A DNA stretch of 64,000 nt, taken from positions 979,376-1,043,375 of the forward strand of contig CAJFCJ010000014.1 of the NCBI GenBank assembly GCA_904063045.1, read 5' to 3'. Shown here one piece after another: positions 1 to 11,840 of the stretch; within the stretch, counting starts at the first letter, position 1; the number at the start of each line of letters is the position of its first letter. The notes under the pieces are model-generated. The model was given only the letters and a program-made list of their open reading frames with translations, searched no databases and was not told where the DNA came from. This DNA is from Dimorphilus gyrociliatus (taxonomy: Eukaryota > Animalia > Annelida). The position numbers and the translations under genes are program-made.

Positions 1-88
1 TTCTCCCGCCATTCTGAAAAAGCAACTGAATCGTCCGCCGGGATTCGGAATACTGCAAAAAGTCTGCTTGGCAGACGTGCAACCAAGG

Positions 89-1376
89 CTATGAATTCTC
101 CAATGGCAAGTCGGGAAAAAATTCTTGGAGTACTCCGTACTCGTTTTCTATTTCCTCTGCATTCTCTTCGTTAACAATTTGTTCTGTAATATTTATTGTA
201 GAAGTTGCTACTATCCCAGAAGAAGATATTGAAGAAGTCGATGACACCTCCGACCCCCTCCTTCTGGATTTGGGCGGTATCTTTTGATTCTTATACGTCG
301 TCGCTGAGGTGGACATTGTCTGTTTACGGTTCTTAGCTCTAGCATTTTGAAACCATACTTGTAATACTCGTTTACTGAGGCCTATTTCCTGTGACAACTG
401 CTTTAAGTCCTTGGAGTCGGGATTCTGGTTCGAGTTAAAGTAGTCCTTGAGAGCGTTCAACTGATCGGGTTTGAAGGAAGTTCTCACGCGTTTCTGTCGC
501 GGTGCGTAGGAAGGGTAGGGATCACTTTCGTAGGTTTCTGAGAAAAGTAAGAGTAAAATAATAGTAAGGGAAAAGAGAACGAAATATGGTATAAATGTCA
601 GAAAAAGAGAGTATTGGTTACAAAGCGTCGAAAATGTCATATTCGAAAAGGGGTGTTACAGGAACACGTCATCTACGCCCATGTTCTCCGTAGCCAACGC
701 CCCACGTTGATCACAAAGGAACTTGCTTTGCATGTTAGACATTTTCTACATTTATACATTTATAACAGTCTTTGACAAATCACGTACACCATCCCTTTTC
801 AACAGTCGAGCTTTTGCGCTACAAACAACATTCCGTTCTCATAAAGTTCGGTCGGCAAACTTTTAAAGGCGTTCATTAAAGCAGCTTTGATTATAGCGCC
901 TATTGGCGTGCGGTTGAATGATGCGTGAAGTCGATTGCGTAAGAATTCGGTTCGATTGATGACGTAACACAAGGAGCCGGTACATAGATACGACTCCTTT
1001 TATAAGAATACTGTATTGGCGACTACGTTCACAGGGATACTGTATACTTTGAGTACTATAAACAGCATTGGGCTACTAGAATAGTAGTAGGTATATTGTA
1101 AACGTATCTATAAAGTATATATATATTTCAAAACCGTTTTCTAATCGTTTCACAAAGACGTAGGCGTGGCAAAACGGATCAAACAAATCTGCTCCCGCGA
1201 GGATAATCATAGAAGATGGACGGTTCGTGATTACGGATTAGCGGCGTCATTAATTCCAAGCGCGGCGCCGTTTTTTCTTCGATTTTCCCCCACGTCCTTC
1301 CAACTACCTACTTTTCTTTCTTTCCTGCTGCCTATGTCTGACTCCCTCCCGCTCTCTATTTCGCTCTTTCGCTCTC

Positions 1377-1430
<54 letters not shown>

Positions 1431-3910
1431 TCTTTCTACTTGACAGCCTGTCTATCAGCCTGTCTGTGAATATATTTCTTTTTTTTTTTACTGTCTCAGT
1501 CTCTCTGCATACATCTATGTCTTTCTCTTTCATTCTCATTTCTATAACCCGCCCAGTTCTTTTTTTCTTTCCCTTTTATCGCCTTTTTTTCCCAACCAAT
1601 TAAAATCAATCCTACGTCCCTATGCTTATGTAAAAAAATTCAAATATTTAGTCTATATTAACCCCTCTAAAAGGACCTCACCGCCGCCTAATTGCAGTTG
1701 ACTGGCCGCGTTCGAGCATGCAAAATTTCCCAGTTTCGCACGTCGTTGGTTCAACACAACCGCATTAACTGCACTTCACCGCTGGCTTTTTTGCGCAATT
1801 TTCCAGTAGTCTGGCGCCATTCAGAAGCGCCGCAAGCGGCTTAAGCCGACGGGTCACACCGCCTGCTTTTCAACAGAAATAAACAGATAAACAATAGACG
1901 CCTGCCGTGACCGAAACAAAGCTGGACAATACGGTTGACGTAAGCTCATTAGTTAACTTCCTAATCACGTCGACCGTCTCTTTGATGGGATACCGCTGGG
2001 CGTCACTTGAGCACGACGTTAATAAAATGTTCAATTCTCCTCCCACAATTCTATTATTCGTCGCCCAGTCATCACAAATACGGTTTTCTTTTTAGAAGAG
2101 GAGGGTCGGACTATGTTTATGCAGCAGCGGGAGAGGAAGATACCGGATCTTCTTCTTGGGTAGCGCGTGTGTGTCTGCACACATGTGTTTCTGACCTATT
2201 TCCACTTTCGAAAGTGAAGAGCGTTGTAACGCCCCCCTCTTATCTATTTTTGAGATAAGATTTTACTAGGTACTTTTCAACACCGTCGTATTTACCCACA
2301 ACACAGCCCTTACGTCATGGGGAAAAAACGGAAGCTACAACGTTCAACCAGCTTTGATCAACTGACGTCGAAAAAGTGGAACGAGTAGGATTTTGAGTGG
2401 AAGAGCGAGTTCGCTAACGAGCTCTCTCAAGGTCGGCGACGCTGCGTGCGTTTTCCTTCTTTTTTCTTTCACTCTCGCCTCGGACGCTTGCGCAATACGG
2501 CCATGGGCGCTGTCACGGACCTACACCTGCGCCCGGCGTCACTCTGGGAACGGAACATACGCAGCCGGCCGGCGCGCGTACGTGGAATATTTTCGCAAAT
2601 GTCAATAATAATTAGTCCTTACCGAATTCCACGTCCAGTAGTGGATTCCTACGTTTCCGTGGTCGCCCTTTGTTAGTTAAGCCGACGCCGTTAAAGAAAG
2701 GTAGAGCGGCAGTTTCGGCTTTTGGCTTCATCTCTTCTTCGTAGTGCTCCCTTTGAAAAGAGAAAGCAATGATTATACAAGTTTTTTTCTCATAGGAAAA
2801 GAAAAGAAAAGGGAAGGAAGAGGAGGGGGGCAAATAGAAATAAAAGGAGAAGAAATTAGCGCCGATTAGCGATGACGAGAAAATTTGACAGCATCGCGAC
2901 GTGTTTCCAAATACCTGCAAAATACTTTCGCTCCGAACATGCCAAATTGCTGTCCGGTCTGCAGTGTTCGGTTACAAGTTTCACACGAGAAACATGTTAC
3001 ATGGTAAACTTCTTCCGCAGCGAAGAAGACAGGTTCGCTGGATCTAATGGCAATTTCACATCTAGAACACGACCTTTTCTTAAAGATTCTGGAATAAATA
3101 GAGAAAGTATAGTAGAAGATACTTCATTCTTTGGATAAAAAAAGGGGAGAGAAATTGATACAAAAAGAAAAAAAATTGAAAGATTATATTGTTAAAGGAA
3201 AAAAATGGGTGGAACTGTGTGGGAGGACAGAAAGGGTAAAACCGAGCCGTAAAAATGACCGTTTTATAACTAAAACGAATCGGAGCGTGAAGAAGAAGCG
3301 GCTATTACGCTGTGAGACGCAACTAAAGTCAGTAGGAAAACTACCCGGCAACCGGCGTTTATTTCGGAGGGGGGCGATGCCTGCGAGACAATGAACCCTT
3401 CTGGCGTCTTGCCCGCGCAAAACAACGCTCCTAATAGGACGTCCCGTCGATAGACAGCTTCGCTTTTTATTGTTATCTCCATATATATACTCGTCACTCT
3501 ACTACAATATACTAAATATATATATCTATACTGTGTACAACTCTCTTGAAACTCGAGGGGATCTGCCGTTCAACCCATTCTGAATGGAACCCTTTCGTGC
3601 GCTGTCAATCAAACTTAAGGTTCTCGACACGAAATAAAACTTACGACCGATAATCCTCCTTACAGTAAATCCTACCGTCCATCGAATAGCATGACTCCTG
3701 GAATTCTAGGCAGGTTTGACAATGACTACACCGCAAACAGGACGCGTGCCACCAAGAAAAATCGCATTGGAGAATCCATTTATCAGTAATTTTCTCCCCA
3801 CATTCTTTGCAGATACGAGACGATAAGGAGTTATCGTTATCGAACGCCGTTAACTCGTTAAGGGGAAATTCCGATCCAAAATCTAAGAAATTCAGAACCG
3901 AATCAGACAT
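89..3910 (-). CDS. Lhx2/9: LIM-homeobox transcription factor, Lhx2/9 (apterous) family, 4 exons, 338 aa
   Basis: Exons 3910-3645 (LIM1 CKECGEKITDKW..H..CLRC..C...CKEDY), 3088-2915 (LIM2 CSRCEIAI..YHVTCFSCETC...FC; absent from the ORF track), 2750-2623 (FFNGVGLTNKGRPRKRR, the Lhx2/9-type motif) and 537-89 (homeodomain KRVRTSFKPDQL...NPDSKDLKQLSQEIGLSKRVLQVWFQNARAK). All introns are GT-AG with consistent phases; total 1017 nt. Confidence 0.93.
1381..1424. repeat. (TC)22 microsatellite in Lhx2/9 intron 3
   Basis: Perfect dinucleotide run read directly. Confidence 0.95.
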
Positions 3911-5369
3911 GATATATGCATTTCTCTCTTGTAAGAAGGAATAGACAAAAAATGAGAGAATCGAATAAACAAATGAGAGTAGTTATTCTTTCTCCACGAA
4001 CCACAGCTTTCTAGTTTTTCCCATTTCTTTTTAGAATTTCTTTTATTTATATCGTACAGATATATATACGTCATATATAACGGTTGATAGTGGCAACCGT
4101 CGTAAACTAGGGCGTCTCAAATTTTTATACTTTTTTGTATTTGAATCACCAACCTTAGGTTTTCGAAATTTGATATTTAGCACGGAGAAAATTGAACGAG
4201 CACTTAAAAACGTGTTTATCAATTGTTGTAGAACATTTGCCTTTTATATACGAATTTTTCGCATCGGTTACGTCAAGAATGGGCAAGAAGTGGGTGATAA
4301 AAAAAGTTGACAAATTTACATTCAATTCCGGGTCTATAATTAAGGGAAAGAGAGGGAAAGAAGAAGAAGAAGAAGAGAGAGATATCTGTTTTTTTGATGT
4401 AAAGTTCAGAAACTAGTCTAACAGTAAAAGCCGAGTTGAAAAAATATCGCGTAAAACTTTTTTCCCTTTTTTCTCTTCTCTTCCCTTTAATTCAGCTACA
4501 CCGTGAGAGGGCACCACGCGTATGGGCGGTGACATGTCCGTAGGGCTATGCAGTTTTCCTGCCGATTACAGTCTAAACTGCAAAAGCGTACGTTTTAATG
4601 AAACGTTTACGTATACTCGTTAATAATCGGAAAAAGAGGAGGGAGAGATGTCGCTAATCTCCTTTCATAGAGTGAATTAGAGGGTAAAAGGAATGTAAAA
4701 ACATATACTTTTTTATTTCATTCAACAAACACTTAATATCTGCTTTAAAAGGTCTATAAATAAACATTCTACTTAAACCGTACAGGCTTAGGCAGTATTT
4801 TTTGCCATATATATAAATATATAATATATATATATATTACAAAAATTAAGAACAATATTTGTAAGGCCTATTCCGTCGTCTCCAGCAACAAGCAAGCCGA
4901 TATGCAAATAACGCAACGTGTACACATCGATAACGCGGATCGACGCTTCATTTGAAGCAAGAAGGGTGGATAGGTGCAGATGAGACTGAAGACAGAAGGA
5001 AAAAAAAGTGAGATAAAAGAGAACAGCTAAGGGACAAGTGAACGAGAAAAAAGAAGTTTGGAGTGGAGAAAGACGGCGTGATAGACGGAAGAAAAGAAGG
5101 GAGAAAAAAAGAAAGTAAACGGAGAGAGAGAGAGAGCGAAGGAGAAAAAAGAAAGAGAGAGAGAGAAACGGACCATAAACAAGGCAGGGCAGATGTTTTC
5201 TATAGAAGGAAATCTGAATAAATTCTCTCCGGTCGCACGCTGAGATTTTTTTCTCAACCGCCGTCGGCGTACGGAGCTGACCTTTCCGCGTCTCGGACCT
5301 TTGAAAATATTTCTTCCTCTACCCTCCTTTTTATCATATTTTATCATACAGAGCTTTGATATAGAAATA

Positions 5370-5787
5370 ATGAATGACACAAATTGCACTTTGATTCCAC
5401 TGAATCGGAACGATTCAAAGTACGATTACGACGGTGCGTTATGTTACGTCATTGCAGTTTTGCTCTTCTACTCCCTGTCAATCTTTCTAATAATCGCCTC
5501 ACTAGCGAGGAGATCAAGAGCTCAAGATGCCGTATTGGATTATATAAGGGAGGTCAGAGCTAATAGACGCCTGGAGTTAAAGGAACAAAATGATCAGGTT
5601 CGACGAGCCCTTAGAGAAAAATGGCGTTCAGCTGCTCATAGGGCAGTAAGCTCAAAAAAATTGTCCAATTTAATAAGTATGTCTGTTAATAAGAAACGAG
5701 TCCCCGAGAAAACAATAGTAGATATTGAACAAGATTTTAGAGTATGCATGTCGACTGATGTATCTGTAAATTCACTAATTACAATAC
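5370..5787 (+). CDS. Single-pass membrane protein, KCNE/MinK-like; 3' end lost in the gap
   Basis: ATG at 5370. Short N-terminus with three N-glycosylation sequons (NDT, NCT, NDS), one TM helix (ALCYVIAVLLFYSLSIFLIIASL), then basic RRSR and D-x4-YI. Frame is open for 139 codons up to the N run. Confidence 0.6.
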
Positions 5788-6189
5788 NNNNNNNNNNNNN
5801 NNNNNNNNNNNNNNNNNNNNNNNNNNNNNNNNNNNNNNNNNNNNNNNNNNNNNNNNNNNNNNNNNNNNNNNNNNNNNNNNNNNNNNNNNNNNNNNNNNNN
5901 NNNNNNNNNNNNNNNNNNNNNNNNNNNNNNNNNNNNNNNNNNNNNNNNNNNNNNNNNNNNNNNNNNNNNNNNNNNNNNNNNNNNNNNNNNNNNNNNNNNN
6001 NNNNNNNNNNNNNNNNNNNNNNNNNNNNNNNNNNNNNNNNNNNNNNNNNNNNNNNNNNNNNNNNNNNNNNNNNNNNNNNNNNNNNNNNNNNNNNNNNNNN
6101 NNNNNNNNNNNNNNNNNNNNNNNNNNNNNNNNNNNNNNNNNNNNNNNNNNNNNNNNNNNNNNNNNNNNNNNNNNNNNNNNNNNNNNNNN
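5788..6189. other. Assembly gap (402 N) hiding the convergent 3' ends of the KCNE-like ORF and RMDN
   Basis: Run of N; open frames enter it from both sides on opposite strands. Confidence 0.99.
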
Positions 6190-9117
6190 CCTTGAGGAAT
6201 TCCTCCAAAGCTTCATCAATTGTAGCTTCCGGTAATGTGCCGATCGCACTGGCGGCTTTACGTTGGAACCAGGACAGTTGGGAAAGCTCGTACCTAAAAC
6301 GTCCGATAAGATGATGGGGCAATGGGTCATCGGGAGACAGCTCGATTGCTTTTTCGATATGCTCTTTATATATGATACCTCCTCTCAGACGATCTATAGG
6401 ATTCTCAAAATCTCCCATCTTGCCAATAGAGAGAGCATACCAGATGTGACTCTTCGGATTAGTGTTGTCCAATGTCAATGATTTTTGGGCGATTTCCTTA
6501 GCTTTAAGAATGAACGCTTTTTCGGCATCTTGGTTTCCTCGAGATTCTTCCAACAAGGCCATTTGCATGTGAGCTTGGGAGAGTCGCCATAAAAATTCGC
6601 TCTCTTTGTCGAACTACGTATCGTCAATATCGAATTGGCAAACAACAATGAATCAACAGTCCAAAGTCGAAAAGTTAGACTTACCTTGTTTTTATGGGAT
6701 TCCAATAATCTATATGCCTCGATTTTGTCGTCGTCACTACCTTTTAATAGCGTATCGACCTGTTTAGAAAGTTCTGGCAAGGAGGAATATGTCCGGATTT
6801 GATTCGACGCCTCCTTACCTAACAGCAGGGAGGTAAGCTGGCTCTCGCTGTTTAGAGAAAAAACACAAACACGTTCGTTTTATACAAAGTTCCCTTCAAC
6901 CTTCCGCTACCCGCATATACCTAATTAAAGCGAAGACAAAAAGGAAAATTTGCAATCGTCCGTTCATAATCACAAAGGCAACAGTTCACTAATAAAAGCT
7001 AATAACTTTCCAAAAGCGCCATCTATCTAATCAGGGACAAATCATCAATTTTTTTAACTACCGATAAAAAGACAAGAGGACATCTGAAAATATTTAGCGA
7101 TAAAAAAAGCCGATCATCGCCTTATCGATATATCGATAGCAATTCATCGGCTGATCGCTAGTGGCTCTTCTACTGAGGTCGACTAGTGTAGTTATTATAT
7201 ATTATGTAATCTTGTTCAAGGGTAATTTTTATTTTTTGTTTTTGTTTATTCTCTACTTCTATAAATCATTGTAAACAAGAAAATTAAATTTACATTCTTT
7301 AATAGACATTTAATACATTACTAAAGTGATATTTCTCTATAATCGAACCTTTTTGTTTTATCTTTCCCACGAAATAGAGGAATCGAGAATCTGGAAAATA
7401 GCTGAACAGAACACAATATAAAGATGTTTAATATGAAAACGATAGCAGCAATTTTCTTTTTCCTCTCCGCATTCATGCTGTCTACTAAAATGTTGGTTTA
7501 AAATAAAAGAGTTAACTTTCGTGTCAACACCTTGTCGTCTATAGAAATGCTGTTTTTTTTTTCTATTGCTATTCTAAATCGGTCAAATCGACCTCGTTTA
7601 AAGAATTCTTATCAATTGATAAGATTTCTGAATCTAGATTTCAACGAGGTCGAACGTTCAGACGCACTCTTAGAGGGAAAATCGTTACAGTTCAGTTATC
7701 ACATATTTCGGCAAGTTTTTAGACGGGTTTCATTATAAATTCCTGGTGAGGTTATATCTATTCTCGACTTTCACTTTAACACTTATTATTTATATTAGTA
7801 GCAAGAACGATTAATAATTAATATCGTTTTTCATTCAGATAAAAAGACGACACGGTCATCTTATACCCTTTATCGATATAAGACACGAACGCACAACTAT
7901 TAACGGTATATGTAATTGTAATTAGAGTAAATGTATGATTCGTTAATTAGGGAATCTCAGGGTGCAAAATGATCATATGGCGCACTCGAGTAAATTAATT
8001 AAATTCGTCTGTAGATTCTAAGACGATTAAGAGAGATTAACGTTCCCAATACCGTAGAGAGAAGTCAAAGATGACGACTAAAAAACGCCAAATACTATTT
8101 AGTACTGACCTTTCATCCAGAAATCTTTAAAGATTTATTATTTTATGAAAAGAAAAGGAAATGAACATTTTTATAAAAATGTCTACAAAATAATAATAGT
8201 AATAAATTAAGATAAGAAGTAATACTAATGATATTACTATATAATAATATAAACTAATATAATTCGATATAAACTAATTAATAAGTAATAAAGATTATTT
8301 AACAGGATGTAACAAATGTAATAAAATTATTAAAATGGAAAATAGTTATCAAATGCAAAAAATCATTACATCTATATCAGTTTATCTCCAATATGTTGTA
8401 TATATAGAATATTTAATCTGTTACTCTTTTATAAAGGGGGAGCTTAACCGCAAAAAAAAAATAATTAAATCAAATAAAATTAAATAGAAAAGGCTTGGGA
8501 AAAATAGATTACACGTATAAAGAATATTACGTAATGACATCAAAGTTAGTGCTGGTATGTAAGTGTACTTTATCATGAGTAGTTACGATGAAATGGTGGT
8601 AATTTAATTACAAGATTTCAACCCTCATAGATTTACACCACTCTTCCTATTCCATCCTATTTCGTGTGGTGTAATTGATCTATTCTTTTTCTAAATCGTT
8701 CTATTATATCCGATTTGTTTGTTCCATTTAAATTCCTTTTCTAACAACAAAGAATCTTGAGAACAGAGATAGAAAAAAAAGGAAAAATATAACGAAAAGA
8801 GAAATTTTAAAGAACAGAAAATTTCCTTTTTTCCCTTTAACTTTAGAGAAAAATGAATGCAACGATTAGGAGATAAAAAAAAGAATACAAAGAAAAGAGC
8901 TTCTTAAAACATGCTATTTTAATAGATCTTATACGTAGTTTATGATAGTGATAGCAGCGTTAATAGTAATAGTAGTAATATTAATAATAATTAAATTTAC
9001 CTTAACTTTTGTTGATTTTGTTTGAACATAAGATGAATTTAAGTTTTTTTCTTTATTTAAATATCATTCAAAGCGAGAAAAGGGAAAAAAAAGAGCGAGA
9101 TAGAGAAAGATAGGAAA

Positions 9118-9148
<31 letters not shown>

Positions 9149-9684
9149 AGTTTTTGAGAATTTTTCAGCCAAAACCTTTTTTCTTTTCAATAGTTTAAGA
9201 CGTAAATTATTTATCTTTTTACACATAAAATTAAAGCTATAAGCCAAAAACAAATAATGAAATTATAATAAAAATGAAAAAGAAACGGTTATGAAAATTT
9301 TTTTGCCAGAAAACTAGCGAATACTCTGCATTAAGTAATATGTAGAAAAGATTTTAAGCATAAATACATTGGATCATATAGAGTTACTGAACACACACGT
9401 GTCTGGACTAGAAAAAAGAACATTCGATAAACTCACTCTAGAGCTTCTTCGAATTCTTCACTCTCATCCTCGCTATCCTTGCTATCGACTCTTGCATTTT
9501 GCTGATTCTTCTTTAATGTCTTTATCTCACTAATTAAAACTTCCAATCTAGTTCGTACGATCCTCAATTCATATATTAATTTTTGAAGATAATTCTGAAA
9601 ATAGATGCAACTTCCTGCTCCAATGATCAAACCACTGGCAAAAACGGCTATTGAATAAGCCTTATTCTTCAAAACTACACTCAT
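6190..9684 (-). CDS. RMDN2/3: Regulator of microtubule dynamics (RMDN/FAM82) family TPR protein with N-terminal TM anchor and coiled coil (RMDN2/3 type); C-terminus in gap
   Basis: Exons 9684-9437 (TM IAVFASGLIIGAGSCIYF, coiled coil, acidic tract), 6847-6819, 6773-6685 (VDTLLKGSDDDKIEAYRLL) and 6613-6190 (EFLWRLSQA...HIWYALSIG...YKEHIEKAIELSPDDPLPHHLIGRFRYELSQLSWFQRKAASAI). Phases are consistent. Confidence 0.88.
7433..8021 (+). CDS. Candidate small secreted protein (116 aa, 5 exons) nested antisense in RMDN intron 1
   Basis: Hand-built model 7433-7491, 7545-7648, 7696-7745, 7839-7905, 7951-8021. GT-AG introns of 53, 47, 93 and 45 nt; 351 nt in one frame ending TAA; signal-peptide-like N-terminus MKTIAAIFFFLSAFMLSTKINA. 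No family recognised. Confidence 0.45.
9124..9148. repeat. (AG)n microsatellite in RMDN intron 1
   Basis: Direct reading. Confidence 0.9.
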
Positions 9685-10063
9685 TCTGTATCTTATAGTC
9701 TTTTTATTACGTAACTGACACTAAAATAACTATTATATTAAACAAATCTGCAATAATGGCAAATATTGATGAAAAAAAAATAGTCGTCCTTGACCTTGAT
9801 CAGCTGTTTTATGGTGTGACAGTTCGGCAGAGATTTTTTCACCCTCCCGCTGGCTGTACGGAAATTTTGCAGTGAGTCTAGTTAATTAAGAAAATCCCTG
9901 TAGTATTCATAAGGTTAGTCCTTCAAGATCACGTGATGTTATTATATTGGAAAAATATATCTCAGATTTCGCACAGGGAGCCTTAGAGTAAGCACAGAGA
10001 TAAGAATCGTTAATTGAACGTTCTGAAATCTTTCAACGAAAGTTAGTTAAATTAGTTAAAGAC
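9685..10063. promoter_or_regulatory. Divergent promoter region between RMDN (-) and GCHFR copy 1 (+), with palindromic E-box TCACGTGA at 9929-9936
   Basis: Head-to-head ATGs about 380 bp apart; E-box read directly. Confidence 0.5.
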
Positions 10064-10482
10064 ATGCCCTATGTTGTAATTAGCACCAAAGTGCGGCTGG
10101 TTTGTATGCATATTGTTTCAATACAAGTTTGTTTAGGAATCTATCATATTTCTTGTTTGTTTAGGAATCAGGGCCCTGCACTGTAGGAGACGCTGATAGC
10201 GATAAAGAACTTATGGAATATCTAGATGCAACTTTAACAAAAAAAAGCGGTAATAATTTGTAAGTATATTGTTTGCAATAGTGAAATTATGTACATAAAA
10301 GAAACCTTAGCATCTCCCACCATTGCTATACTTTGAACTCTTTCTGCATATTTTACAGTTACGAGTACGAAACTAGATATGTGCCTCGAATGGTTCTGAA
10401 TATGTTAGAACAGCGAGGTTATTATGTTGTAGCAATGACCGGGGTTGGTCAAACATGCATGTGGACACTTCATAAAAAATAA
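10064..10482 (+). CDS. GCHFR: GTP cyclohydrolase I feedback regulatory protein (GFRP), copy 1, canonical, 84 aa
   Basis: Exons 10064-10099, 10165-10259, 10359-10482: MPYVVISTKVRL-ESGPCTVGDADSDKELMEYLDA...GNNF-YEYETRYVPRMVLNMLEQRGYYVVAMTGVGQTCMWTLHKK. Collinear with vertebrate GFRP (MPYLLISTQIRMEVGPTMVGDE..SDPELM..L...GNNFYEY....PR.VLDKLE.RGF.V..MTGVGQT.VW.LHKE). Confidence 0.95.
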
Positions 10483-10982
10483 GAAATCCAATTTTCAGAA
10501 CCGGAAGTATAGATGACGCTATCTTTCAAGCGTCCTTGACTATCATATAATATATATATATATACTAATATATACAAGTCTATAAGAAAAACACCAACGA
10601 CATCTATTGTATATTGATTTAGTACAAAAGGAAAATAAATTGTTTTTTTTAAAGATATCATATTATTCTGTTTATTTAATACAAAGATGAAAAAACGGCC
10701 TATAGTTACATAATTATTATATTTGGAAACTAAAAATCTATCATAAGCAAACAAAATAAGCACTTGAAAATATGGACTTTGTTTTGAAGACCCACCATTG
10801 AAATGGAGATTACGAAAAAACAATACACAAATTATAAATTACATTCTACAACTTCTCACTTTGTAATTCAACCTTTAACAAATAGTTTGTCATGTGTTAT
10901 CGTATGATATTTTATGGGTCATGTGACAATGAAAAAGGCTAGGGTTGAACATTTTACTTGTAAACTTGTACATGAGTAGGAT

Positions 10983-11429
10983 ATGCCCTACATAACCATA
11001 AGTGTGAAGGAAGTTCCGGTAATATTTAATTCTAGACTTTGTACTTTAGTCATTGAACACCTTTGGAAAATTTTAAACATTTCAGGTAGCGAGGGATTTC
11101 CGTTGTATTGTAGGCGACGAAAGTAGCGATAGTAACATGATGGGTTATTTAGACGCCGAACTGGTGTTAATTCCCGTTGAGGGCGGAAGGTATTAAGAAA
11201 CGTTATGTAATTTTAATTTAAAGCATTTAACTGGTATTCTGTTTTTAGATCGAGGAGATTGTACTTGACAAGAGATTCCCCTTGCCAAATTATGAATAAG
11301 TTAGAAAGGCGTAATTATCATGTAATAGCGGCTACCGGATATGGTCAAACATGTACTTGGACACTGTACTCAAACTGTGACAAAATAGTACCTAATGGAC
11401 ACTTTCGTGTTTTCCAATCTTATTGTTAA
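10983..11429 (+). CDS. GCHFR: GFRP paralog, copy 2, divergent, 106 aa
   Basis: Exons 10983-11018, 11086-11189, 11249-11429: MPYITISVKEVP-VARDFRCIVGDESSDSNMMGYLDAEL...-SPCQIMNKLERRNYHVIAATGYGQTCTWTLY plus a C-terminal extension. Same intron positions and phases (0, 2) as copy 1. Confidence 0.85.
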
Positions 11430-11818
11430 TCATATTCTTTTAATGTCTACAAAATAAAAGTATCATATGCTACATTGCTATATATAATATAGATAAATAA
11501 GGAAAAGCGTAATCCTTCCATACTAAAGTCTATTTTTGATTATGTTCTGAATATTTATATTATAAAGAAATCTATTCTAAGAAATTCCCCAACACTAGTA
11601 ACAAATAGAAACTTTGAAAGCCTATTTTTTACCCAATAAAAGCATCAAGTAAGAGCAATATCTCAAAATAAGGATGAATACTATTGAATATTCATAACTG
11701 CTTTTTATAGTGTTTATAAAAAATTAGAATCAGACCAACACAACAAAATAGAAAAATAACAATAAAATAACATGTACGTACCTAAAATTAGCCTATTAAG
11801 AAAATGATAGAGAAACAC

Positions 11819-11840
11819 AGAGAGAGAGAGAGAGAGAGAG
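11819..11840. repeat. (AG)n microsatellite
   Basis: Direct reading. Confidence 0.9.

Noticed and set aside
1166-1603. Overlapping ORFs 1166-1603 (+) and 1231-1539 (-)
   Set aside because: Produced by the (TC)n microsatellite (SLSLSL / ERERER); intronic to Lhx2/9. The same applies to similar ORFs near 5027, 9068, 11714, 13323, 13401, 18790, 36895, 54967 and 61863.
3184-3497. Minus-strand ORFs with CLAGIAP...FSCVS, superficially LIM-like
   Set aside because: The true LIM2 exon is 3088-2915 with full Cys/His spacing and matching phases; this segment lacks the zinc ligands.
5636-6568. 310-aa ORF read through the N gap
   Set aside because: Artefact of translating Ns; it merges the RMDN exon with antisense sequence of the KCNE-like ORF.
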